DNA from: a virus
DNA: 64,000 nucleotides
IMG/VR virus record: IMGVR_UViG_3300027896_000002
Coordinates: 10,128-74,127 of that record
Direction: 5' to 3' (one strand)
Part shown: positions 1 through 9,855 of the stretch, one piece after another
Layout: each line of letters starts with the position of its first letter
Numbering within the stretch: the first letter of the stretch is position 1
Translations under genes and position numbers: made by a program
The notes under the pieces: generated by a model
What the model was told of the DNA's origin: nothing
Database searches by the model: none
Seen by the model: only the letters and a program-made list of their open reading frames with translations

Positions 1-11
1 ATAAAGACGGC

Positions 12-2333
12 TTGCTCTGTGACATGGAAGGCAAGCCCTATCCGAACGAGCATGCCTGCTGCATCAACGACCCAAAAAAGTATGACCGTATCAGGAGAAA
101 CAATGATAAGTTTGGCAAGGGCATTCACGCTCTCTGGGGGATCAAAAAAGGAAATCCGGTTGAGCTTCAAGCCATTCGGTTTTCTAAGAGTAAGTTCACG
201 CCAGCGGAGGCCCGTAAGTGGTGCAAGGACCATGAGTACAAATGCAAGCCCTTTGAGCCTGCCAGTGAAAAGTGTGCAACGTGTGGCGCAGAGATGGTCT
301 GGAAGTGGTTTATGGAAGATGAGGAAGATGGTGTCTATTCTTGCGAGGCCTGCAAGGGGATCAAGGCAAAAAAGAACGAGTGCAAGTGTGACAACGAGAA
401 GTGTGGCCACACGGTCGCGTGGGATAGCAATTGCCACGGGATGAAGTGCCTCAAGTGTGGCAAGGGAACGTTGAGAAGGGTGAAGAAGACGAAGAAAGAT
501 CTTGAGGGTAAGATGAGTGTTGAAACAAAGAGTGGACGGATGTTTATCGGCATTCATTCTATCCCGACCTTAATTGGCGTTGACATATATTCCGAACCAA
601 AGTTAAGAGAGATACTTGAATTTACAAGAGAATTTCTGAATCGAGGGACTCCAGTGACTTTGATGGCTGACGACGATTCAATCTGTGAGCTTGATAAAGA
701 TAAAATTCGCTTACTTGAAGAGCCGAAAGGAGCTATTCCATATAAGAAGACCCCTTCTGCCAAAGATGATGAGCCTTGGAGCTTAAGGGAAGAGATAGGT
801 AAGGCATCGCTGGATGACTTGAGAGAGATGGCAGTATGGGTTGATGAGAAGCGTCCCAAGGCTAAAGGCTCATACAAGGGAATTCACCACAAGGCTGGTG
901 GAGATTATCCTGTCGTTAAGAAAGCTGTCAGGGCATTGGCGGCCAACCTTTTAAATTCCAGGGGAGGAATTCACATCCCAACCGTTGACTTGAAAAAAGC
1001 ACGAGAGCACTGTGCTTCCCACTACGAAGATCTGGGAATGGGTGAAGTGCCATGGAAGAGCAAGAAGGGAATAGAGTTTGTTGAGTGGGTAGCTATCAGT
1101 TTTGATCTTAGCGGAATTTCTTTTAGGTCGTTTACTGAAGAAGATAATAAAAAGATCTTTGAGAAAGCTAAAACTCTTATTCCAGACCTTGTTGAATTCT
1201 TCAGCCTAGAGTATAAGCAAGACGATTGGGGGTACGGGGATGGTGGAGATGGTGACGGTACTGGAGATAGTGCCGAGCCGAACCTTACCGAAAGCGAGAC
1301 GGTGGTCATCGAGATGATAGATGGCCAGGAGATCCGAGACCGCATGGATAACTTGGGCATTGAGTACACGATGGGCGGCCATCACTACGTTTATCCTGAC
1401 TTGGTTCCAGAGGAAAATAAGATCATCGTCGATGGAAGGATGAGCGATGAGGATATCGTTGCCACAAAAGTTCACGAGTTCACTGAACGTGAGCTTATGA
1501 AGTATTACGACTTTCCCTATAATAACGCCCACGAGATTGCTAACATAGCAGAGGAAGGAGTTCGCCATATCCTGAAAGACTGTGAAGATGGTGGGCACGG
1601 CGGGGTGCTGGGGGATGGCCGTAATCACGATCCTGAACACAGAGGCAACCATCATCACGACCATGGGAGGACGGTAGACCACACGTGGGAGCAGGATGCA
1701 CTCAACGTTGTTAAGGAACTTTATCAGGCTTGGGATGAAATGAAAAAGCTTGGGCAGCATGATGACGAATGCACCTTTGATTCAATATGTCCAGCATGTA
1801 AAACTCCCATAGGGAAATGTGATAAGCACGTTGAAGCGATGGCGACTCGAATTGTAAAAATGGACAAGGCCATTGCTGATTGTGAAGAGAAAATCGGACA
1901 GGGCATCAGCTCAGCTTCAACAGACGTAAGGGATGAGGAGTTGGATTCCTTTATCGATTTTATAAAGACCATGAAGGAGAAGTTTAATTCAATAGAGTTG
2001 ATGGTTGCCGCTTTGACAAATAAGCAGAACGACATGTGCGAGCACTACATCGAAAAATGTTCTGTCTGTGATAAGGTGATCTCATCTTGTCGATGTTCAT
2101 CGAAGGATAAAGTGATCAAGCTTTCTGTTTGTAAGGAGTGCAGAGAGAAGAATAAAACTTCGGAGCCACAAAAGATAGTTGCGGTCAATGGCGGGGATGA
2201 GGAGAAGAGGATGCTTGCTGAGATCTCAAAGCAGCTGTCAAGGGAGTTCAGTGACCTGATAACCCAGTATGAAGAAAATACACGGAAGCTTATCAGGGCT
2301 GAAATCAATAAAGCTAAAGGGAGGGTAGAATAG
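12..2333 (+). CDS. Large multidomain head-morphogenesis protein, 5'-truncated; probably the C-terminal part of a prohead protease/scaffold fusion
   Basis: Frame is open to the window edge; lies directly upstream of the major capsid gene; several CxxC clusters, an HExxE...H segment and a C-terminal coiled coil. Confidence 0.5.
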   Translation: MLCDMEGKPYPNEHACCINDPKKYDRIRRNNDKFGKGIHALWGIKKGNPVELQAIRFSKSKFTPAEARKWCKDHEYKCKPFEPASEKCATCGAEMVWKWFMEDEEDGVYSCEACKGIKAKKNECKCDNEKCGHTVAWDSNCHGMKCLKCGKGTLRRVKKTKKDLEGKMSVETKSGRMFIGIHSIPTLIGVDIYSEPKLREILEFTREFLNRGTPVTLMADDDSICELDKDKIRLLEEPKGAIPYKKTPSAKDDEPWSLREEIGKASLDDLREMAVWVDEKRPKAKGSYKGIHHKAGGDYPVVKKAVRALAANLLNSRGGIHIPTVDLKKAREHCASHYEDLGMGEVPWKSKKGIEFVEWVAISFDLSGISFRSFTEEDNKKIFEKAKTLIPDLVEFFSLEYKQDDWGYGDGGDGDGTGDSAEPNLTESETVVIEMIDGQEIRDRMDNLGIEYTMGGHHYVYPDLVPEENKIIVDGRMSDEDIVATKVHEFTERELMKYYDFPYNNAHEIANIAEEGVRHILKDCEDGGHGGVLGDGRNHDPEHRGNHHHDHGRTVDHTWEQDALNVVKELYQAWDEMKKLGQHDDECTFDSICPACKTPIGKCDKHVEAMATRIVKMDKAIADCEEKIGQGISSASTDVRDEELDSFIDFIKTMKEKFNSIELMVAALTNKQNDMCEHYIEKCSVCDKVISSCRCSSKDKVIKLSVCKECREKNKTSEPQKIVAVNGGDEEKRMLAEISKQLSREFSDLITQYEENTRKLIRAEINKAKGRVE

Positions 2334-2334
2334 A

Positions 2335-2462
2335 GATCCTAACCCGAATAGACGGGATCATCCCAATAGGGATTAACAGGTCGGGTGAAAATAAGATTTA
2401 ACAAGGATTCCACCCTGAATAGACGGAATCACCCAGGACTTAAAGGGGTTAGCAGGACAGGG
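2335..2462 (+). ncRNA. Tandem pair of candidate pseudoknotted RNA motifs in the capsid leader
   Basis: Two units with compensatory pairing: GATCCT/GGGATC vs GATTCC/GGAATC and CCCGA/TCGGG vs CCCTG/CAGGG; conserved AATAGAC and TTARCAGG. Confidence 0.55.
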
Positions 2463-2503
2463 GAAAAAAGAAAATAAAAAACTAAAAAAGGAGGAAACAC
2501 ACT

Positions 2504-3826
2504 ATGGACCCGATAGAAGTTGAAGTTAAAAAGAAAGAGGACGGCTCGTTGTATTTTGACGTGGCTAAGATCATGGAGCACATGCAGAATGGCACCTTAG
2601 GCGTTATTAGGCAGGAGATGAAGAGTCTTTTGCAGGCCGAGGTGAAGACCATTTTTGACAACAGCGATGGGCGTTTTGTCGGTAAAGAAGATAAGTCCAT
2701 CATCGACACAAGCTATTTCAGCAAAGGCTACGCGGCTGGCAGACGGGGTGAAATGGACGGAAGCCAGTTGGCTTTTACCCTGGCTGCTTGTGGTGGGCCG
2801 TGGCTAAAGCTCTCACCGGCTATGGAAAAGTTTGCAAACTTAGTTCGGCTGAGATTCGATCCCAATCAGATTGTCGCTAAGGGAATTAGCATGCAGGACT
2901 ATAACAAGGAGATGTATGATTGGAACAAGAAGGCCGCACTTTCTGGAGCTTTGACAGAGGCTGATGTGGGCGCGATTGTTCCAATTGAGTTCCTTGCAAC
3001 CGTCATTGAGTTTGCGATTGAGCAGAGCAAGATATTGCCCAAGCTCTGGAGAATTCCACTGGGTGCCTATCAGACAAGAATCCCGCAGCTTGCCCAGTCT
3101 GCAGGCAGCTATTTTGGTGGGATTTTGCTCTATCACCCAGAGGAAGCTTACGAGAAGACAGGTACAAAACCAACTTTCGTTTACAAGACCCTGACACCTA
3201 AGAAGTTGATCGGTTTGATTCCGATCTCTGACGAATTGGTTATGGACAGCTCAATCAACATCATCAATTACCTAACGGGCCTTTTCACCAGGGCCTTTCA
3301 GTATGCGTCAGAGGGTGAGGTGATTGCAGGTGCTGGGCTGTTGGGCCAGATGCTGGGCATCACCAGTGACCCTTTTATCAACGTAGTGCCCAGACAGACA
3401 GCAGGGACAGTCAAGAGAGATGATGTGATTAACCTTGAGTCTATCCTTGATGAGAACTTTCAGGACCTTAATTACCTGACAAGGAGAACAACCCTTAATA
3501 TTCTTCGCAAGGAGAAAAATGTTGTTGGCACTCCATTTTACTATGACACGATGGAGTCTGGGCTTGAGAGAGGGGTTGGCCCCCAGCTTAATGGGTATCC
3601 AGTGCTTAAAACTCGGAACGTGCCAGCCACAGGAAAGAAAGGTGACATCATCTGTGGTGAGCTTGGGTATTATCTCTGGGGCATTCGTCAGGACATGACC
3701 ATTGATATGTCAGCCGAGCGATATTTTGAGTACGATGTGAAGGCCATCCGCTTTGTGGTTCGTCAGGACGGACTGCCAGGCGTTTCGATTGCCTTTGCAG
3801 TGCTTGACAGTACCCCAGAATCATAA
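2504..3826 (+). CDS. Major capsid protein, HK97 fold
   Basis: GAIVPIEF...IE, KKLIGLIPISDEL..DS, LNGYPV, FEYDVKAIRFVVRQDG motifs; strong SD AAGGAGG. Confidence 0.92.
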   Translation: MDPIEVEVKKKEDGSLYFDVAKIMEHMQNGTLGVIRQEMKSLLQAEVKTIFDNSDGRFVGKEDKSIIDTSYFSKGYAAGRRGEMDGSQLAFTLAACGGPWLKLSPAMEKFANLVRLRFDPNQIVAKGISMQDYNKEMYDWNKKAALSGALTEADVGAIVPIEFLATVIEFAIEQSKILPKLWRIPLGAYQTRIPQLAQSAGSYFGGILLYHPEEAYEKTGTKPTFVYKTLTPKKLIGLIPISDELVMDSSINIINYLTGLFTRAFQYASEGEVIAGAGLLGQMLGITSDPFINVVPRQTAGTVKRDDVINLESILDENFQDLNYLTRRTTLNILRKEKNVVGTPFYYDTMESGLERGVGPQLNGYPVLKTRNVPATGKKGDIICGELGYYLWGIRQDMTIDMSAERYFEYDVKAIRFVVRQDGLPGVSIAFAVLDSTPES

Positions 3827-3835
3827 GAGCATTCA

Positions 3836-3914
3836 TCATCCAGCCTCCTTTCTGGATTGAACCGTGGCCCAGGGTAGTAGGGTAAACTGAAGACTGGGCC
3901 AATTTAAAAAGGAG
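3836..3914 (+). promoter_or_regulatory. Post-capsid RNA structure whose loop can pair with the next gene's SD
   Basis: Hairpin ATCCAG/CTGGAT with loop CCTCCTTT complementary to AAAGGAG (3908-3914); second hairpin TGGCCCAG/CTGGGCCA. Confidence 0.45.
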
Positions 3915-3918
3915 AATT

Positions 3919-5049
3919 ATGAACAAGGAGATTCCGGAAGTTTTAAAAGACGCCATTTTTACGGATGATAAAAGCATGGTTGAAGTTGAATATACTTTAT
4001 CTGGGTATGGAGGCGCCAAGACCTGGATTAGTGTGGAGCGGGCACTGCTTGGTGAAGCTCATGGAAGATGGAAGATAGTTAGAAGACTTCAGCGGTATGA
4101 TAACAAGATGATGACAGCGGAGATTCCTCCTGATTCTTTAACCAGGGGCAATTTATTCTCTAATGGAACGTATGAAACCAAGGGGGTAAAAAAAAAGAAA
4201 GTAGCTTGGGTTCAGGACCTGGTGATAAGGGGCGGGGCGGAGATCAGCAATGAGCTTGTCATTAGGACTGGGATTGAGTGTGGGTTTAACATCAAGCGAG
4301 TCTTTCAAACGGTGTCTTGTTCCATTATAGAGGACCTGTTGGGTCAGTGTGATCTTATTGTTCTTAATAACATCTGGGCCTTCTCAGATGAGCAAATGAG
4401 GGTTATTAAGATGTTTATCCAGAAGAAGCCTTATGTTAAATATGAGCATGATCATAGAGAGCTTGGCAGATTAGAATTTTCAAAAGGCCTTTTCTCAAAT
4501 TCTAAGCTTAACGTCTTTTTGTCCCCTGCCCATCTTAATAACTATCAAGAGAAGCTTGGGATAGACGGAATCTGTCTGCCTCTTGCCATTGATGTTGATC
4601 TTTTTAAACCTGTACAGGGGGTTGAGAGGAAATCTAACACGGCGCTGATATGTAACGTCAGGCATCTTAGGACATGGTTAAATCTTCAGAAATATGTGGA
4701 CGAGCATCCTGAGATTTTATTTACGGTAATGTTAAACGGTGAGACTAAGGTGGTGGGAGATAATGTTACCACCAGGCCGATGATTCCATATGAAGAGATG
4801 CCTAAACTTTATTCTGGGTTTGAGTACCTTGTCCATATCATGGATGGGTGGGGAGCTGGAGAGAGAGTCTTCTTTGAAGGCATGCTTTGTGGATGTAATG
4901 TGATTTCAAACAAAAGGGTAGGACATACTTCCTGGAATGAGCAGGAATCTATGGGTTGGGTCGTTGATTTTAAAGACGTCAATGGCTTGAGAGAATGGCT
5001 CAAGAAAGCGCCATATCAGTTTTGGAAAGCAATTGACCAAAGAATATAA
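3919..5049 (+). CDS. Glycosyltransferase (GT-B, GT4-like) with N-terminal extension
   Basis: GGAE motif, IDVDLFKP, GERVFFEGMLCGCNVI (E-x-x-x-x-G acceptor/donor motif). Confidence 0.8.
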   Translation: MNKEIPEVLKDAIFTDDKSMVEVEYTLSGYGGAKTWISVERALLGEAHGRWKIVRRLQRYDNKMMTAEIPPDSLTRGNLFSNGTYETKGVKKKKVAWVQDLVIRGGAEISNELVIRTGIECGFNIKRVFQTVSCSIIEDLLGQCDLIVLNNIWAFSDEQMRVIKMFIQKKPYVKYEHDHRELGRLEFSKGLFSNSKLNVFLSPAHLNNYQEKLGIDGICLPLAIDVDLFKPVQGVERKSNTALICNVRHLRTWLNLQKYVDEHPEILFTVMLNGETKVVGDNVTTRPMIPYEEMPKLYSGFEYLVHIMDGWGAGERVFFEGMLCGCNVISNKRVGHTSWNEQESMGWVVDFKDVNGLREWLKKAPYQFWKAIDQRI

Positions 5050-5060
5050 TAGGGATTTAC

Positions 5061-5822
5061 GTGAAAATATTTTGGGCATTTTGCATTTATAATGAAAGAG
5101 AAATGCTTCCTTTCAAGATAGATTTCATGAGAAAGAATGCCATCAATTTTTATGTCTTTGATAATGTAAGCGTAGATGGGTCGTGGGAATGGCTTCAAGA
5201 GAACAAAATTCCGTCTGGTAGGTTCAACTCTGATGGAATGTTCAACCTGACATTAAACCTTAGTTTGTTGACCAAGAAGATTCACGAGGTGAAGCCTGAT
5301 TGGGTTATTATGGCTGGGACAGATACCTTCTATGTCCATGGTAAGAGGACGCTTAGGGAGACGATAGAATCTGTGGACAAGCAGGGATTTAATTGTATCT
5401 ATGATGTTTTTAAATCGTTTCAGTTTATGTTTACTGGGGAAGAAAAACCTGGGGAAGATCCTAGGTTGACTTATATGTATTATGTTTTAAAATCTTTTAA
5501 TAATGTTTGCTGCATTGCCAAGTATTGTTCGCAGCTGAAGTTTAGGTCTGCTGATTGTCTTGTTGTCCCAAAGGCAAAGTTATATCAAGACGGGGATTTT
5601 GTGGCATTGCATTATAGCATGAGGCATGACGCAGAGAACAGGAAGACGGAACAATACATCAGGAGAAAAAAAGCTTGGGATTCGGGGCGTACCGCACGGT
5701 GCTATGGCACTCACTACGAGAGGATCGTGAACAGCGGCCGTTTTATTTTTGATAAAAAAGATCTCCTAGATGTAAGAGATTCTTTTCTTTGGGGGGCTAT
5801 AAGGAAGTCTGTAGAAGCGTGA
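5061..5822 (+). CDS. Glycosyltransferase (GT-A, GT2-like)
   Basis: IYNE..ML, VFDNVSVDGSWEWL, PDWVI...TD motifs. Confidence 0.75.
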   Translation: MKIFWAFCIYNEREMLPFKIDFMRKNAINFYVFDNVSVDGSWEWLQENKIPSGRFNSDGMFNLTLNLSLLTKKIHEVKPDWVIMAGTDTFYVHGKRTLRETIESVDKQGFNCIYDVFKSFQFMFTGEEKPGEDPRLTYMYYVLKSFNNVCCIAKYCSQLKFRSADCLVVPKAKLYQDGDFVALHYSMRHDAENRKTEQYIRRKKAWDSGRTARCYGTHYERIVNSGRFIFDKKDLLDVRDSFLWGAIRKSVEA

Positions 5823-6778
5823 TGAATGTTGTGATGCTTTCTAAACATGATTATGCTGGGAGCGGGTGGCAGATAGTCCAGGCTGTTCGTCGTCACACGA
5901 GGCATAATATTGTGCACGTCAAAACGACCTCCCATAAGCACGGTTATAAGACAGACTATATTCTAGATGGAAAAAATCGGGCAGTTGTTCAAGGGCTTGT
6001 GGACAAGGCTGATGTTGTTCACTTCAAGGGAGATGATCTTCCATCGAGAGATTGGTATGGAGTTAAGATCCCAGAGAAAGTGAAAATTATTCTTACCGTT
6101 GGGGGATCGTTTTTTAGAAGAAATGGAAGGAGGACAGGGCTTAGGCCAATTGAAGAGTATGTTAAAAGATCGGATTTTAGGACTGCCTTGTCTCCTGATT
6201 TGAATTATGATGAATTTAAGTCAGTGTATACTCCATACTTGATCGATAGCGAAAAAGCGGAGTATTCTTGGAAAGAGGATAGGGATGGAAAGTTTGTTAT
6301 TGGCTGCTATCCTGGAGTGAGAAAAGAAAAGGGTTTTGAATCAGTTGTCGAGCCTGCTTGGCGTCAGCTTGAAAAGGAAGGATATAAATTTGAGAAGGTG
6401 TTAACGATTGGAATGACATACGAACAAAGCGTTGGGGCCAAGAAGGGGATGTCAATATTTATAGATCAGATTTCCTTGGCCGGCTGCTATGGGAATTCTG
6501 CTCTTGAGGCCATGCAGTTTGGCATTCCTGTAGTTGCTTATATAGGAGATGTGGCTTTAAAGCATGCCATGGAAGAATTTAAAAAATCTCCGATTATGAA
6601 TCCTGGAAAAACAAAGGAGGGGCTTTATCTTTTACTCAAGAGGATACTGTCAAGAAAAATTGACTTGTCAGATATATCTAAAAAGACGAAATGTTACTGC
6701 GATGGTTTTCACTCCTATACCGTAGGGGCAAGGATATGGAATGAGATTTATGAAAAAGTTGCAAGCAAAAATGTTTAA
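5822..6778 (+). CDS. Glycosyltransferase (GT4-like)
   Basis: IFIDQI...YGNSALEAMQFGIPVV; ATG overlaps upstream TGA (ORF track starts at 5789). Confidence 0.75.
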   Translation: MNVVMLSKHDYAGSGWQIVQAVRRHTRHNIVHVKTTSHKHGYKTDYILDGKNRAVVQGLVDKADVVHFKGDDLPSRDWYGVKIPEKVKIILTVGGSFFRRNGRRTGLRPIEEYVKRSDFRTALSPDLNYDEFKSVYTPYLIDSEKAEYSWKEDRDGKFVIGCYPGVRKEKGFESVVEPAWRQLEKEGYKFEKVLTIGMTYEQSVGAKKGMSIFIDQISLAGCYGNSALEAMQFGIPVVAYIGDVALKHAMEEFKKSPIMNPGKTKEGLYLLLKRILSRKIDLSDISKKTKCYCDGFHSYTVGARIWNEIYEKVASKNV

Positions 6779-7379
6779 AAACGTTTTAGTTGTGTCTCCT
6801 CACACGGATGATGGTGAACTTGGGGCAGGGGGGTCATTGGCTAAATTCTCAAGAGAAGGAAGCCAAATTACTCATCTGGTGTTTTTTGATGGGGAAAAGC
6901 AGTCAGAGGAAATTTTAAAAGAGTTTGAAAAGTCAAACGGTATTTTTGCCCCATCTTCAAACAGGATAGTGGAGAGGCTTAAGATAAGAAGTTATGAAAA
7001 GGACCGTCAAAGAATATTGGATTTAATGATTGAAATTGAAAGAAGTTTTAAACCAGACCTTGTCTTTCTTCCCTCGTCGAGAGACTTTCATCAAGATCAC
7101 ATGACGGTTTCAAGGGAAGGGCTTAGGGCATTTAAATTTTCTACTATCTTCGGTTATGAGGAACCTTGGAATAACCTCGTGTTTGAGACGTCTTGCTTTA
7201 TTGAGATATCAAAAGGAGATCTTTCAAAGAAATTGCGGGCGTTAAATTGTTATAAGTCTCAAAAGGCGCACTATTATTTTTCAGATGAGATTATTCGATC
7301 ACTGGCTTTAGTCAGGGGAATGCAGATCAGGGCTCAGTACGCGGAGGCATTTGAGATCATTAGGATGATTGTTCATTGA
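6741..7379 (+). CDS. PIG-L/LmbE family N-acetylsugar deacetylase
   Basis: SPHTDDGELGAGG and DFHQDH metal-binding motifs; likely start 6771. Confidence 0.9.
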   Translation: MRFMKKLQAKMFKNVLVVSPHTDDGELGAGGSLAKFSREGSQITHLVFFDGEKQSEEILKEFEKSNGIFAPSSNRIVERLKIRSYEKDRQRILDLMIEIERSFKPDLVFLPSSRDFHQDHMTVSREGLRAFKFSTIFGYEEPWNNLVFETSCFIEISKGDLSKKLRALNCYKSQKAHYYFSDEIIRSLALVRGMQIRAQYAEAFEIIRMIVH

Positions 7380-7951
7380 GGAGTAATGGTTTGAAAATGA
7401 TAGAAAGATTCAAGTTTTGTCTGGAGATGAGAGAGAAATGTCCTGAGACTCTTGGGATTCATCCCTCAATAATTATCCCAGAATGGGTTTTAATTGGGAA
7501 AAATGTTTCAATTCATGAGAGAGTTATCTTGGGAAGTCAGGGTTTTGGATTTGCGAGAGATGAGGATGGCCATTGGTTTCATATCCCTCACGTTGGAAAG
7601 GTGATAATTGAGGATGACGTAGAGATATTTGAAGGGACAAATGTTTGCCGTGGTACGCTGGGAGATACTAAAATTGGCAGGGGGACGAAGATTGATGCCT
7701 TATGCCACATTGGGCATAATGCCGTGATAGGAGAAAATTGTATCATAACCGCTCATTGCATGATCGCAGGGTGCGTGATAGGAAATGACGTGTGGGTTGG
7801 CCCAAATTCAACGACTAAGCCCAAGATCCAGATAGCTGACAATGTGCTCATAGGCCAAGGTTCTAATGTCGTTGAGAGTATCCTAAAGCCTGGGGAAGTT
7901 TGGGCAGGAAATCCAGCTCGTTTTTTAAGAATGAGAAAACCGTTTGAGTAG
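7376..7951 (+). CDS. Hexapeptide-repeat acyltransferase (LpxD-like C-terminal part)
   Basis: GSQGFGF, VIIEDDVEI, TKIDALCHIGHN, WAGNPAR. Confidence 0.88.
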   Translation: MRSNGLKMIERFKFCLEMREKCPETLGIHPSIIIPEWVLIGKNVSIHERVILGSQGFGFARDEDGHWFHIPHVGKVIIEDDVEIFEGTNVCRGTLGDTKIGRGTKIDALCHIGHNAVIGENCIITAHCMIAGCVIGNDVWVGPNSTTKPKIQIADNVLIGQGSNVVESILKPGEVWAGNPARFLRMRKPFE

Positions 7952-7962
7952 AAAGGTAAAAA

Positions 7963-8217
7963 ATGTCATTGCATCCGGTGACTGATGAGGAGAGAAGAGC
8001 CAATAACCCAAAGATGTATGTGAGCAACAAGTGGACGATTTGTGAGTTGCTGCGAAAGATTTATATTTTGGCTGAAGCCAGGAATGATACAAGAACAATG
8101 CACCTTTCTCACGACGCTCTTTGCTATGCTAAAAGAATGAATCTTAAGCTAGGCCAAAAAGATCCGAAGTATGGAGAAGAGTGGTATTATGGTAAACGAG
8201 AAAGAAAAAATTATTAA
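7963..8217 (+). CDS. Hypothetical protein
   Basis: ORF with SD inside the glycan cluster. Confidence 0.55.
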   Translation: MSLHPVTDEERRANNPKMYVSNKWTICELLRKIYILAEARNDTRTMHLSHDALCYAKRMNLKLGQKDPKYGEEWYYGKRERKNY

Positions 8218-9136
8218 GAGGGCTTTGGTTACGGGCGGGGCAGGTTTTATAGGCTCTCACTTATGTGAGCGGTTGACGGGCATGGGGATTGAAGTAATTT
8301 CTCTTGATGATTATTCTGCTGGTCACATTGAAAATTTACGGAAAGTTCATTGCAAAAAAGTATATGGAGATGTGCTCAATGAATATTTGGTAATGGACTT
8401 GATGAAAGATGTGGATGTGGTATTTCACAACGCAGCAAGTAAAAAAACCATCTGCATCGCAGATCCTAAACATGATCTTGACGTAAATGCCAAGGGAACT
8501 TTGACACTGCTTACGGCAGCTTTGAAACAGGGGGTAAAAAAATTTATTCATGCATCAACTGGTTCTGTTTATGGACAGCCCTCCTGTTTTCCACAGGACG
8601 AAGATCACCCCTTGAGGCCGATCTCTTATTACGGCGTGAGTAAGTTGGCTGGGGAACGTTACGTTGAAATGTTTTACAAATTGTTTGGTTTAGACACGAC
8701 AATTTTGAGATATTTTCACGTGTATGGGCCTCGACAGGCTAATGGAAAATATGGCGGAGTGGTGGCAATTTTTATTACAGGCATGTTGATGGATTTGCCA
8801 ATATTTATTCACGGGGATGGTAGTCAAGAGAGATCTTTTACCTATGTGAAAGATATAGTAGACATAAATCTGGAAGCAATGAAATCTCCTTTTTCAAGTG
8901 GGCAGGTTTATAATTGTGCCTCTGGGCTGCACGTAAGCGTGCTTGATTTGCATCGGGAACTTGCAAGGCAATTAGATTGTAATGGAAAATCTCCAGTTTA
9001 TACAGAGAGTGATCTGGGAGAAGTTTTTAAGTTTGACGTTTCAAATGAAAAAGTCAAGAAGGATTTGAAGATAAATTTTACGTCGCTCGATGAAGGATTG
9101 CGGGAGACAATATCTTGGTTCAAGGTCAGTGCCTAG
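8171..9136 (+). CDS. NAD-dependent nucleotide-sugar epimerase/dehydratase
   Basis: VTGGAGFIGSHL, YGVSK (YxxxK), LRYFHVYGPRQ. Confidence 0.93.
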   Translation: MEKSGIMVNEKEKIIKRALVTGGAGFIGSHLCERLTGMGIEVISLDDYSAGHIENLRKVHCKKVYGDVLNEYLVMDLMKDVDVVFHNAASKKTICIADPKHDLDVNAKGTLTLLTAALKQGVKKFIHASTGSVYGQPSCFPQDEDHPLRPISYYGVSKLAGERYVEMFYKLFGLDTTILRYFHVYGPRQANGKYGGVVAIFITGMLMDLPIFIHGDGSQERSFTYVKDIVDINLEAMKSPFSSGQVYNCASGLHVSVLDLHRELARQLDCNGKSPVYTESDLGEVFKFDVSNEKVKKDLKINFTSLDEGLRETISWFKVSA

Positions 9137-9855
9137 TAGAGGTGATTGTCTTGAAGATATGTGCTTATCTACCCATTTATAAAAGAGAGGGACTTTTGGC
9201 GGAAACACTTCGAAGATTGAAACACCAGACATTGTCATTTGAGCGTATTGTAACTGTTGGAAGTTGTGACGAGGACAAGGAGATTGCAAAAAAATTTGGG
9301 GTTGATTATATTGGCCATGAAAACCATCCCTTGAGTGATAAGATTCAGGCAGGGGTGTCATACCTTCGTCAATTTAAACCTGATGCAATTATGGGCATAG
9401 GTTCAGATGATTGGGTTACAAGTAATTGGGTTGAGGAGGTCTCCAAATGCTTAGGAGAATTTGATATCATTGGGGCAGACCACTTTTATCTTTTTCTCGT
9501 AGATTCAAAGCCAATACAGTTGATTCGGTACTGTTATCCCTCTTCTCGGTATGGTGAGCCGATGGGCGCAGGCAGATTTGTATCAAGACGGATTTTGGAT
9601 AAGCTTGATTGGAGGCTTTATCCTCGGGGATTTGAATGGGGCCTTGACGGTAAAAGCCACAGCAGGATGGTGGCTTTAGGTGCAACGTACTCATTGTATA
9701 GAAGTGATAAAGCAAAAATCTTATGCCCAAAAGGAATTCAGGGACAATTGACCACTTGGGACCATGCGATCAACTCAGATCGCAGTAAGAAAATTGATGA
9801 TAAGCACTGGATCAGCACAAATTTCCCTGGCGTTGTAATGGAAGGGTCGGTATGA
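9115..9855 (+). CDS. Glycosyltransferase (GT2-like)
   Basis: LPIYKR, GIGSDDW, GAGR motifs. Confidence 0.7.
   Translation: MVQGQCLVEVIVLKICAYLPIYKREGLLAETLRRLKHQTLSFERIVTVGSCDEDKEIAKKFGVDYIGHENHPLSDKIQAGVSYLRQFKPDAIMGIGSDDWVTSNWVEEVSKCLGEFDIIGADHFYLFLVDSKPIQLIRYCYPSSRYGEPMGAGRFVSRRILDKLDWRLYPRGFEWGLDGKSHSRMVALGATYSLYRSDKAKILCPKGIQGQLTTWDHAINSDRSKKIDDKHWISTNFPGVVMEGSV

Noticed and set aside
2335-2462. HDV-like/theta ribozyme
   Set aside because: Topology is similar but P3/L3 and the P1.1 pairing are missing
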